This document shows positions 46,028 to 55,527 of a stretch of 55,527 bases of DNA, in pieces; the first letter of the stretch is position 1, and the number at the start of each line of letters is the position of its first letter. A program made the position numbers and the translations under genes. The notes under the pieces are model-generated. The model was not told the origin of the DNA. It made no database searches and worked only from the letters and a program-made list of their open reading frames with translations. This DNA comes from a virus (lineage: Duplodnaviria > Caudoviricetes). Where the stretch lies: IMG/VR virus record IMGVR_UViG_3300032163_000018, positions 1 to 55,527 of that record. One strand, written 5' to 3'.

Positions 46028-48544
46028 ATGTCTTCTAACGATATTATACCAGATGGTCGCCCTCCATTAGACGATAATAAAGAAAATCCTCAAAATTTCG
46101 ATGTATTCCCTTGGTCCATAGATCCAAGAGGAGAGGCTTTTTTTGCTCCATTAAAAGTGGATTGGGAAAGATGGGATAAGTTCTATCCATATAGATTATT
46201 GGTCATCAATGCAAGAACTAAAGAAACCATAGTTAGAAGCGGTCAGGGTAGAGAATCGGTACATACTTTACTGGGCGCTAAAGAAGCCGGATTTGAATAT
46301 GTCTTAACGCAAAATTTTTCAGAAAATAGTTGGGAATTGAATCTTCCCATAACTCCTCAACAATTAAGGATTACGGATTCTTTTGCGATAAATACATCCG
46401 CCACAGCTAGAGGCGTAATAGAAGAACACGGTGGAGTTAGATTTAAGAATATAATAGCTTCGGGTACTTGTGGCATATGGGCAAGAAGAGATACTAGGGC
46501 GGTGACGCCAATTCAGTCCACTTCGCTAGAATCAATATTTTCCGGTACGATAGATAATTTAAAAAATTTAAAAAAGATAGGAACTCAGCTTTTTTCAAAA
46601 GGTGGATATCCTGCTTCAACGTCTCCGGCGGTTAAACCAGAAAAAAGCAGTGGTGGAAAATTTTCTACTGGTTATTTTCAAGCCCTTTATTTGGGTCAAT
46701 TTTTAGAAAGATATGCACAAGAAAAGAAAAAACCAGAAAATAGGCATTGGAGACTCGTTTTCCATATGCCTAAAAATAACGACGCTTATATAGTAACTCC
46801 TGTATCATTTGTAGGAGATAGAAATGCCAATAGACCTCAAGAATATATGTGGTCTATGCAACTTAAAGCCTGGAAAAGAATAGAATTAGATTCTCCGAAA
46901 CCTATACAAGGAACTATTCCTACTTTAGATGCGAATACATTTCAAAGAGTATTAAATACTATAAGTGGAACTAGAAGTTTACTGGCTAGTGCTACTAATA
47001 CCGTAAAAGCCATTAGAAGTGATTTTGCTAGAACTTTTAATGTACTAAGACAAACTGCGTTAGCCGTTAAAGATACTGCTGGATTTATTAGAACAGTAGC
47101 GGATCTACCTAGTCAAGTCATAAGTGATGCTAAAAGTTCTATAGAAGATGCTCTGTCTATAACTAACAGTTCTTTTAAAAAAGATCTATTTAGTGAGGGG
47201 TTAAGCTCAAACGCAGTAGCAGCCGGAGCATTAGGCTTAGGAGCTATACAATTACAACAATTAAGTGCTAATAATTCAATATTTGAGAATCCAGAAGAAA
47301 ATTTTGATCTTTTAGATACCGTTCCCGTTGATAGCCTAGCTTTAACACCAGAACAATTAAATGCAATAGACGATGAGCAAGAAAGTATATCTCTACTTAC
47401 AACAGATGATTTTGTTCAATTTAGAAGTGAATTATTGAGTTTGGCTTTAGATATAAGTAATAATTTTGGTGCCGGAAGTGAACAATATTCTCAAACCTAT
47501 GGTAGACCTGTTCCTAAAACTAGAGTTACACCTATAACCTTGGAAGAAAATGATATATTAATTTCTCTTTATGAGACGATACAGGCTTACGATCTTTTGA
47601 CTGTTAAAAAGACATTTGATGATTTTAAATCAGTTAATAGTTTAGATTACGTTGGCGGATTAGCTGATCAATCAGGTATATCTTTTGATATCGCTACTTC
47701 AAAATTTATGGTTCCTGTTCCTTTTGGATTAACCATAGAAGAATTAGCGGCTAGATATTTGAGTGATTCTAATAAATGGGTAGAAATAGTGACAATAAAT
47801 AATCTTAAACCTCCGTATATAGATGAAATTGGTTTTTTTTATGATATGATTTCTAATGCAGAGGGTAGGCAGTTAAATGTTGACGATAATCAAGGAAAGC
47901 TTTATGTTGGTCAAAAAATAATCATATCAAGCGATACAGTTCCTGCTTTTACTAGAAAGATAATTTCTATAGAGAAAATTGATGATGACAATTTTCTTAT
48001 AAACGTTGATGGTTTAGCTAATTTAGATAATTTAACTATAGTTGATAATGCAAAAATACACGCTTATTTACCGGGAACGGTTAATAGCCAGAATCAAATA
48101 TATATACCTATTAACGTCCCATCTCAAGCCGACGACAGGATAAGAACACCTAGTCATCTTGATGAAGACGCCTTGACTAGAATTTCTGGGATAGATTTTC
48201 TATTGACCGATGACGGAGATATTGCTATTAATTCAGTTGGTGATTTTAGATTAGCAAACGGATTAACTAATTTAGTACAAGCATTGAAATTAAAAATTAA
48301 AACCAAAAAAGGTACGTTGTTAAGGCATTTAGATTTTGGATTAGGGATTAGTCCTGGGATTTCTGCTGCCGATATAAATAACGGAACGCTATTTTTAGAA
48401 ATGAATAAGATAATACAAGATGATTCTAGGTTTTCTGGAATTGATAGATTAACAATAAAAATGAATGGACCTATTATGCTCATAGATATGGCTGTAAAGA
48501 TATCTAATGGGTCTGGGATAGTTCCTATAACGTTTGAAGTTTAA
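46028..48544 (+). CDS. Multidomain baseplate protein (tube-initiator-like, LysM-like and gp25-like domains)
   Basis: LPITPQQLRI N-terminal domain; TIEELAARYL....W.EI...NNL; NLVQAL......KG.L.RH.DFG...D.R. Confidence 0.7.
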   Translation: MSSNDIIPDGRPPLDDNKENPQNFDVFPWSIDPRGEAFFAPLKVDWERWDKFYPYRLLVINARTKETIVRSGQGRESVHTLLGAKEAGFEYVLTQNFSENSWELNLPITPQQLRITDSFAINTSATARGVIEEHGGVRFKNIIASGTCGIWARRDTRAVTPIQSTSLESIFSGTIDNLKNLKKIGTQLFSKGGYPASTSPAVKPEKSSGGKFSTGYFQALYLGQFLERYAQEKKKPENRHWRLVFHMPKNNDAYIVTPVSFVGDRNANRPQEYMWSMQLKAWKRIELDSPKPIQGTIPTLDANTFQRVLNTISGTRSLLASATNTVKAIRSDFARTFNVLRQTALAVKDTAGFIRTVADLPSQVISDAKSSIEDALSITNSSFKKDLFSEGLSSNAVAAGALGLGAIQLQQLSANNSIFENPEENFDLLDTVPVDSLALTPEQLNAIDDEQESISLLTTDDFVQFRSELLSLALDISNNFGAGSEQYSQTYGRPVPKTRVTPITLEENDILISLYETIQAYDLLTVKKTFDDFKSVNSLDYVGGLADQSGISFDIATSKFMVPVPFGLTIEELAARYLSDSNKWVEIVTINNLKPPYIDEIGFFYDMISNAEGRQLNVDDNQGKLYVGQKIIISSDTVPAFTRKIISIEKIDDDNFLINVDGLANLDNLTIVDNAKIHAYLPGTVNSQNQIYIPINVPSQADDRIRTPSHLDEDALTRISGIDFLLTDDGDIAINSVGDFRLANGLTNLVQALKLKIKTKKGTLLRHLDFGLGISPGISAADINNGTLFLEMNKIIQDDSRFSGIDRLTIKMNGPIMLIDMAVKISNGSGIVPITFEV

Positions 48545-48556
48545 AAGAGGAAGATT

Positions 48557-51500
48557 ATGGCAAGTCCAATAGTTAAAAGTTATGAGAATATTTTAGGCGA
48601 TCTCATCTCTACTTACATATCTAAAGTTAAAGTAAACGACCTTAATACGGGTTCTGCTGTTCTCTCATTTTTTGAAGCGATTTCTCAACAAATATATTTA
48701 GCTAACGCAAGTAATTTTTCCATATTAAGAGACTTTAATATTGATAGAGCTACTGGAGAAGTGCTGAAAAAAATAGCTAAGGAAGAAAACGTAAAAACAG
48801 AAGAAGCCAGAGTTACTACTGGCAAGGTAACTGTTAGAGATTCTTCTTTTGATAAAATATCTACAAAAATATATGCAGGAGCAAATCCACCCAACGTTGG
48901 GTCAACGGTTATAAAAGTTTCAGACGCTTCAGATTTTTCTAGTTCTGGTAATTTATACATAGGTAGAGGAACTCCTAACGTAGAAGGACCCTTGCCGTTT
49001 TCTGGAATTGTTCAAACTGGTGGTTTTTGGGAAATTACATTAACTTCTCCTACAGCTAAATTTCATAATCTTTCCGAATCCGTAATTCTAGCTCAAGGTG
49101 GAGTTAGAACTATATCTGTTGGATCTGTCGTTAGATCTCCGGCTTCTGGTAACGAGGCTGATATAAATTTTACAGTAACTCAATCCGCCACCATATTAGA
49201 CGGTGAAAATCAAATAACAAACGTTCCTGTAGCCGCTCAACAACCTGGAAGTGACGGAAATGTTTCTAAGGGAGCTATAAAAGAATTTGTTTCAAATCCT
49301 TTTTCTGGATCAACTGTTACAAACGATAGTCCTTTTGTTTCCGGTAAAGATGCAGATACAGATGACGATATTAGAAATAAAATTAAAAGATCTAGAATTT
49401 CTAAAGGATTAGGAACTGTTTTGGCTATTAAAAATGCTACATTAGGAGCTAGAGCTAACGATGAAAACTCAATAGTAACATCTAATGAAATATTTTCTGA
49501 CGATACTGAAACTATTTTGTATGTAGACGATGGCACTGGTTACGAGGAAAAGACAAATGGAATCGGACTTGAACCTATAGTTGATTCCGCATTAGGCGGA
49601 GAAACTCATTTTCAATTAGCTACGGCTGGAACTCAAACATCTATAGCCAAAGCTTTTCTAGATTCCTCCCTATCTTCTCCTTTTGATATTTCTCCCAATG
49701 ATAAGCTAGCAATACTAGTGGGTGGAATCTTAAGTGAACATACTTTTAATGACGGAGATTTTAGATCTAATGGATTTGCTACCGCTTACGAAGTAGTTTC
49801 ATCTATAAACTCAAACTCTGACTTGGATTTCTCAGCAAGAACGATTGGAAGCGGAACTAAAGTAGTTGTAGAAGCAAAAGCTGAAGATAATGAATATTTG
49901 CAAATAACAACACCGACTTCTGGTAATGATGCTGCCACAGCGTTAGGATTAACATCGAATGAAGTTCAAACTCTTTTGCTATATAAAAATAAACAAATTT
50001 TAAGTAAAAACGGCAGATTTTCTAGGGTTGAATCAGAAGATCGGGCGGATTGGTCTAACACTATAGCTACGGGCGATACTTTAAAAATAGCCGTAGACGG
50101 AACATCTCAAATAACGTACACATTTCTTGACGCAGATTTTATAGCCGAAGGAACATATACTACTGTTTCTAAAAATAATAGCTTAGCTTCTTGGATTAGT
50201 GTAATAAATACAAAAATAGTAGGCGTTACTGCTACTATTAATGGTAATAGGCTTGTTCTAACTTCAAACCTAGGAACTAACTCTAGAGCTATGATAGAAG
50301 TAGACAATACCTCTACTTTAGTAACTAAGGGTATGTTTGGGTCTGATATAGGATTATCATCTACGGGAGCTGGTGCAGATTACAATTTATCGAGAAACAC
50401 AGCTCAAATAAAATTATTGAATCCGTTAGAACCGGGAGATGTTTTAAGCGCAGGTAATGAATTTACTAAAGGGTTCGTAGAAAGTGGTAGAATTTTAGGA
50501 GGAAGTGTAACTCTTTCCACAGATGCTTTAATGTGGTTATTAATTGACAATAAAGATGCAGAAATAATCAATACGGGGATAGTTGCTAATACTTTTATTA
50601 CTGTGACGAAACCTTCGGCAAATATAGTTAGATACACCTCTAGCGATACTTCTGCTTTAACAAACGTAGAAGTTGGCGATTACGTAATTGTATGGTCTGA
50701 AGAATTAAGTTCGGGTAATAGATTAGAAGGTAGGATTAACGCAGTTACGGCTAGTTCTTTTGATTTAAAAGTCACTCCTTCAGAATACGCATCGGCAGTT
50801 GCAGAGAGTTTAATTCTATTCATAGAAGGTATGAAGTTTATAAGAACAGATCGTACTCCACAAAAATTAAGAATTATAGCTGGAGCTTACAACATAAATA
50901 CCATTTCAGATCAAATAGAGACGGATATTTATGGAGTTACTTCGTCCACAAAAGACGATGAGATAATATTAGTAACTACAAAATCTAATGATTTAGACGG
51001 GTTCGTATTAGTAGTTACTCTGAACGATTCAGCCAAATCTTTGAGTTTTACAGAAGGACAGTTTGGCGAATCAACAGATTCTCAAATAGCTTTTTATGAA
51101 AGTCAAAACAAATATAATGATTTTCCATTATTTTTACACTCATCCATATCTGATAATCAATTTGCAGATCCTTTATCTAGTTTTATTGCTAGTTTTGATT
51201 CCAGTGTTAATTTAGATACGGCTGATATCGAACCAAACGTTTTAACTTGTTTTTTAAGTCCATATTTAACTTCTGGATCTAATATAAAAGATGCACAGCC
51301 AGAAAAAGAATGTGTTCAAATTGATTCTTTGTCCGGTGTTACGGTAAGTATAGATGAATCTGGAACAGTTAGAAGATTGAGAGCAAGCGATAGATATTAT
51401 TTAGCCAGCCCTTTTGATTTTAGCTATAATGATTCTCTAGTTATAGTTTTGGACGAAGATCCTTCTAATAAAACCTTTCCTGTTCCTCTTTACAGAAGAG

Positions 51501-54499
51501 CGATAGCCAATACTACCATGTCGGTTGATACTAACAATTTCAGAGCTTACGATACAGAATCTGGAGCTACTGCTAGTTTTTCTCAATATTTTGGAAGTGC
51601 ATATAGTTTTAAAAACTATAAGGCTATGATGAGAGCTAGAAATGTAATAGATCCATTAACGTTAGTTGATGAAGACGCCATTCTTTATAAGTCAGCAGTT
51701 TGGGGAAGTGCTGGGAATAACTATAAAGTTGGATATTTTTATCCAACATCTGCAAGCAGTATCATAACTCATGTAATATCTGTAGATGATAGTACAAAAA
51801 TTTCAATATTCTTAAAATCTGGAGCAGCAGTTCCCAATCAAATAGACGGCACTACTGAATGGGACGTTACGGTAACGCCAAATACACCAGTTGCCGGAGT
51901 AGATGAAGTAACCTATACTTGGAATAGTACGGGAACTAATCCTGCTATGACAACTCTTTCTCCAGGTCATTATGTTACTATAAACTCTAACGGAGAGTTT
52001 AGTTCAGCCAACACGGGAACGTTTAAAATATCTTCCGCTACTGCTACTTCTTTTACGGTTAGAAGACCTAATGGAGTCGCCATAGCAGAAAATAATATAG
52101 CAACGTTAACCACTAATACTATTTTCTTATATCAAGATAGTGACACAACCGCTCAAGACATCGTTACTTATGTGACAGCTAGCTTGTCTGATTTTATAAG
52201 CGCAGAATTAGTGGACGATAATGGAACAACCGGAGCTGGAATAATAGACACTAGTACTTATGAAGATAATAGTTTTGCTTCTCTAACCGAATATATTTTT
52301 TTAGTTGATGGTATAAATTGGATATCTTCTTCTGATTTAGGAGCATCCTCTCCTACTCCTCAGTTTGTTTTTAAGAAATCCTTAGATTTACCTAGTTTTG
52401 ATACAAACACAGTTGGAGCTTATGCTTTTAATAATGGAGAAGAAATTAGATTAATTCCTACCACAGCCGTTCAAGTTAGTGAATTTATATCCGTATTAGC
52501 CGTTTCCGGTTTAACTACTTTAGCAGATGTCTCTACATCGGAAAGAAACGATAAATTACAAATATCAAGTCAAATATTAGGATCTTCTGGATCGGTACTA
52601 GTTTCCGGTGGAACGGGTAATTTAGCTGAAGCGGTAGTTTTATCTCAATCAAGTAAAATAGTCGGAACCGATTTACTAAAAACCACTATAAGTAGAAGTG
52701 CTGCTGCCGGATTTCACGGAAATCAGTTGGTAAAATTAACTTCTTTAAATGCACAGAAAAGAAGTATAGGTATAAGCACTACTACAAATGTAACTGTTGA
52801 CGCAAACACTCCAGTTGCTGGAAAATCTACAGTGACCCTAGGAAACAGAGATAATCAAGATTTATATTTCGGTCAACCAAGGTCTGCGTTTAGAGATTTG
52901 GGGAGAGCATTTCACGTTGAACATCATGGAATATTAACGTGTATTTCTTGGGACGGAGCGACAGGTTCAGATCCTCTATTCATTAAAACAGTAGAAATTA
53001 ACGCTGACGGTGGAAATATTTCTGTAGATTTCGATCCAGATACAGGATTAACGAGTTATATCGTTACTACAGGAACTAGAAATTTTTCTGAAGTTGAGTT
53101 CGGAGATTCTGTAACAATTCAAAATATGTTAGTCGCTTCTAATAATGGAACATTCAGTATTGTAGGAATTTCAGATGATAAGAAAACTATAGTTACAGAT
53201 AATGGAGATGGCGCTGATGCAGTAGCTGCTGCCGTAGCAGCTCCAGACTTTGTTATATCTACAGAAATAATTGAAGGCGATATAGTAGAAGTTGATGCTC
53301 CTTTCACAAATTTAAACAGAGGAAAATTTAGAGTTATAAGAAGATACGCAAATAGTATTTATATTAATAATCCAGTTTCTGTTGAAGAAAGAGTAGTAAT
53401 TACTAGTAATTTAAGAAGCTTAGGTTTTGACGGAACTACTCAGTTTGACATTACCGTTCCTGGTGATATGAGAATAGAATGGAATACGGCTGGAACCGAA
53501 CCTACCTTAGACAATGCCAAGATGGGAGACTATATAACCGTTGGTATTGCTTTTGACATAGATAATCAAGGTATCTTTATGGTTACTTCTTCTGGAGATA
53601 ATTATATTGAATGTGCTAACGCTAAAGCCGTAGTTGAAAGTAATATTTCAGTCGCAAGCGTTGGAGGAGATGTTTTAGAATCCCATCAACCTTCCATGAT
53701 TTTTAATCCATACGAAAATACCAGATCTGAAGATAAATTTGTAGTTTCTGGAAGTGTACTTGGAGTTTCAAGTCAGGGAACTTATGTTGTTGATGAAGTA
53801 TTAAGCAAATACAGCATAATAGTAACAGGATCTATAGACGCTCAAATAGCAACCCCGTTGGCTAATAACTTTACTCAAGTTTATGTGGAAGAAGAATTGC
53901 CTTACGAAGGGTACAAAAAAATTCAGAATATAATAGCAGATCCTTCCAGTATAAATAGATATTTATTAATTTTTGATAGTAATGAGCAATTTAATAAAAT
54001 TAACGATGTTGGAGAAGTATCTATAGGTTCTATATCAAAATTAAATTTTTCCGAAATAGTTAGAAGAGGATCTGATTCATACAGATATCATACTGGATTG
54101 ATAGCCCAATCTAATAGAATAGTTTACGGGAATCCAAGAGATAATATAACTTATCCTGGAGTCGCCGCTGCTGGAGCTGAGATTTTCATTAAAGCACCAT
54201 TGGTTAGAAGAATAACGATTTCCATAAACATAAGAATTAATACTGGGATTCCTTTTACTAAAGTTTCAGAACAGGTTAGAAATAATATAGCAGCTTTAGT
54301 AAATTCATCGCCTATCGGTGAATCTATAGCTATAAGTGATATTATATCTGTAGTTAATTCCATACCAGGAGTAAAAGCTGTTTCTATAACTTCTCCTTCT
54401 TATAGTCCGACAAATGACGTTATAGTTGTTAATCCTTCTGAAAAACCTTTGATATTAGATACTGTTAATGATGTAATTGTCGCAAAAGTGGGTACTTAA
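48557..54499 (+). CDS. Giant baseplate wedge protein (gpJ/gp6-like)
   Basis: J-like N-terminus (IDRATGE.L, G.D.DTDDDIR) and C-terminus (IGESIAISDII...IPGV), with a long beta-rich insertion. Confidence 0.8.
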   Translation: MASPIVKSYENILGDLISTYISKVKVNDLNTGSAVLSFFEAISQQIYLANASNFSILRDFNIDRATGEVLKKIAKEENVKTEEARVTTGKVTVRDSSFDKISTKIYAGANPPNVGSTVIKVSDASDFSSSGNLYIGRGTPNVEGPLPFSGIVQTGGFWEITLTSPTAKFHNLSESVILAQGGVRTISVGSVVRSPASGNEADINFTVTQSATILDGENQITNVPVAAQQPGSDGNVSKGAIKEFVSNPFSGSTVTNDSPFVSGKDADTDDDIRNKIKRSRISKGLGTVLAIKNATLGARANDENSIVTSNEIFSDDTETILYVDDGTGYEEKTNGIGLEPIVDSALGGETHFQLATAGTQTSIAKAFLDSSLSSPFDISPNDKLAILVGGILSEHTFNDGDFRSNGFATAYEVVSSINSNSDLDFSARTIGSGTKVVVEAKAEDNEYLQITTPTSGNDAATALGLTSNEVQTLLLYKNKQILSKNGRFSRVESEDRADWSNTIATGDTLKIAVDGTSQITYTFLDADFIAEGTYTTVSKNNSLASWISVINTKIVGVTATINGNRLVLTSNLGTNSRAMIEVDNTSTLVTKGMFGSDIGLSSTGAGADYNLSRNTAQIKLLNPLEPGDVLSAGNEFTKGFVESGRILGGSVTLSTDALMWLLIDNKDAEIINTGIVANTFITVTKPSANIVRYTSSDTSALTNVEVGDYVIVWSEELSSGNRLEGRINAVTASSFDLKVTPSEYASAVAESLILFIEGMKFIRTDRTPQKLRIIAGAYNINTISDQIETDIYGVTSSTKDDEIILVTTKSNDLDGFVLVVTLNDSAKSLSFTEGQFGESTDSQIAFYESQNKYNDFPLFLHSSISDNQFADPLSSFIASFDSSVNLDTADIEPNVLTCFLSPYLTSGSNIKDAQPEKECVQIDSLSGVTVSIDESGTVRRLRASDRYYLASPFDFSYNDSLVIVLDEDPSNKTFPVPLYRRAIANTTMSVDTNNFRAYDTESGATASFSQYFGSAYSFKNYKAMMRARNVIDPLTLVDEDAILYKSAVWGSAGNNYKVGYFYPTSASSIITHVISVDDSTKISIFLKSGAAVPNQIDGTTEWDVTVTPNTPVAGVDEVTYTWNSTGTNPAMTTLSPGHYVTINSNGEFSSANTGTFKISSATATSFTVRRPNGVAIAENNIATLTTNTIFLYQDSDTTAQDIVTYVTASLSDFISAELVDDNGTTGAGIIDTSTYEDNSFASLTEYIFLVDGINWISSSDLGASSPTPQFVFKKSLDLPSFDTNTVGAYAFNNGEEIRLIPTTAVQVSEFISVLAVSGLTTLADVSTSERNDKLQISSQILGSSGSVLVSGGTGNLAEAVVLSQSSKIVGTDLLKTTISRSAAAGFHGNQLVKLTSLNAQKRSIGISTTTNVTVDANTPVAGKSTVTLGNRDNQDLYFGQPRSAFRDLGRAFHVEHHGILTCISWDGATGSDPLFIKTVEINADGGNISVDFDPDTGLTSYIVTTGTRNFSEVEFGDSVTIQNMLVASNNGTFSIVGISDDKKTIVTDNGDGADAVAAAVAAPDFVISTEIIEGDIVEVDAPFTNLNRGKFRVIRRYANSIYINNPVSVEERVVITSNLRSLGFDGTTQFDITVPGDMRIEWNTAGTEPTLDNAKMGDYITVGIAFDIDNQGIFMVTSSGDNYIECANAKAVVESNISVASVGGDVLESHQPSMIFNPYENTRSEDKFVVSGSVLGVSSQGTYVVDEVLSKYSIIVTGSIDAQIATPLANNFTQVYVEEELPYEGYKKIQNIIADPSSINRYLLIFDSNEQFNKINDVGEVSIGSISKLNFSEIVRRGSDSYRYHTGLIAQSNRIVYGNPRDNITYPGVAAAGAEIFIKAPLVRRITISINIRINTGIPFTKVSEQVRNNIAALVNSSPIGESIAISDIISVVNSIPGVKAVSITSPSYSPTNDVIVVNPSEKPLILDTVNDVIVAKVGT

Positions 54500-54501
54500 A
54501 A

Positions 54502-55527
54502 ATGACAGATCAAACCCAAGAAAAAAAACGTACTAGAAGGTTTTTGAATCCCAGTATTAGGGGTAAAAATACGGATATTATTCTAGAATCAATTGCTCCG
54601 GGAATGGAACATTTGATCAATAACGTTGAAGCTGTTAATGACAGTATATATATTGTTAGCGCAGAAGGACAGTATTTAGAACAATTATTAGCCGGAAGAG
54701 GTATAACTAAACCAGAAAATGTAGGGCTATCTGATGACATTTTTAGAGAAATAGGGATAGAAGTTTCTAACAGAAAACAAGTTAGAGATTTAATAATGAA
54801 TATTCTTAACATCATATATGGTGATGAATTTACTAAATCCACTTCATCTAGCGATGAATTAGAAACCTATAATCTGGAAGATGGCGATACTTTAATAATT
54901 CAATTTGATGACGAAGAATCTTTAGAAGTTGTTTTTAATACAGATCAATTTTCTAATATAAATTCGTCTACTGCACAAGAAGTAGCTGATGCAATAACTA
55001 AAGAAATAAGAAGATTAGGTAGAAAGGGTTCTGCTATACAAAAAGACGACGGGTCTGGCGGATATGTAACTCTAATATCTGGCACTAACGGACCAGCATC
55101 TACAGTTAGAGTTCTCGGAGGAAAAGCTCAAAATAAATTAAAATTTGCTCAAATAAGACCTACAACGGCTTTAGCTGCTACTCAATGGGATCTGTCTTTA
55201 CAATCTGGAGGAGTTGTCAGGGCTACGTGGAGTGGAGGACCAAATCCTTCTGTTGGTAAGGTTAGAACTGGAGATTACGTAAACTTATACGGTACTGCTT
55301 TTGATATAAATAATAGAGGAACGTTTACAGTAACTGCGGTCAATGGCGGATTAGTTGGCGACGCTTATGTAGAGTTTTTAAATGAAACTGGTATAGTAGA
55401 AACTGTAGTTCAAGGAACGGATGAAGCTATATTGTTTTTTTTTCCAGAAAGAAAAATACTTACTAGTAAATTAATGTATGCTGCCGCTTATCAAACAGAA
55501 TCTAGATTATTGGAAATTTTTATCCCG
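54502..55527 (+). CDS. Baseplate wedge protein (gpI/gp7-like), 3' truncated
   Basis: Open frame from the ATG at 54502 to the window end; SAEGQYLE...G...P...LSDDIFR motif. Confidence 0.7.
   Translation, partial: MTDQTQEKKRTRRFLNPSIRGKNTDIILESIAPGMEHLINNVEAVNDSIYIVSAEGQYLEQLLAGRGITKPENVGLSDDIFREIGIEVSNRKQVRDLIMNILNIIYGDEFTKSTSSSDELETYNLEDGDTLIIQFDDEESLEVVFNTDQFSNINSSTAQEVADAITKEIRRLGRKGSAIQKDDGSGGYVTLISGTNGPASTVRVLGGKAQNKLKFAQIRPTTALAATQWDLSLQSGGVVRATWSGGPNPSVGKVRTGDYVNLYGTAFDINNRGTFTVTAVNGGLVGDAYVEFLNETGIVETVVQGTDEAILFFFPERKILTSKLMYAAAYQTESRLLEIFIP

Noticed and set aside
3684-54842. Antisense ORFs inside long structural genes (e.g. 3684-4217, 12368-12856, 48154-48483, 54510-54842)
   Set aside because: Shadows of strongly coding opposite-strand genes with no independent motifs.
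1-55527. Stop-codon reassignment, tRNA genes, DGR reverse transcriptase or template repeat
   Set aside because: Long genes are intact in code 11 and TAA, TAG and TGA all end genes. I saw no cloverleaf, no RT motif and no AAC-rich copy of the VR by eye.

Overview
An AT-rich segment of a large lytic-type myovirus (contractile-tailed phage) genome, read in the standard genetic code. I found no tRNA, rRNA, CRISPR array, integrase or reverse transcriptase. The tail module is split. Sheath, tube, a large fibre-like protein, chaperones, tape measure, hub and spike occupy 1-17.3 kb, with a short opposite-strand block at 7.9-10.3 kb. The baseplate wedge genes resume at 43.5-55.5 kb. Between them lie about 26 kb of small genes driven by near-consensus sigma70 promoters: lipoproteins, several proteases, a nucleotidyltransferase, a KTSC-2OG oxygenase fusion and an HD/kinase-phosphatase-CYTH-HAD-dNMP kinase-MazG cluster. 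The most notable signals are: (1) a small C-type-lectin-fold (DUF1566-like) gene with the codon signature of a diversity-generating retroelement variable region, but no template or RT in the window; (2) two adjacent GC-rich structured non-coding RNAs at 17.38-17.65 kb, one with its own promoter; (3) two paralogous genes with hypervariable NNT-codon Ala tracts; (4) stand-alone fragments resembling essential proteins (sheath C-terminus, terminase-type ATPase, ligase domain Ia, sigma region 4); (5) a recurring operator-like box upstream of early promoters. All product calls come from motif recognition by eye, not from database searches.
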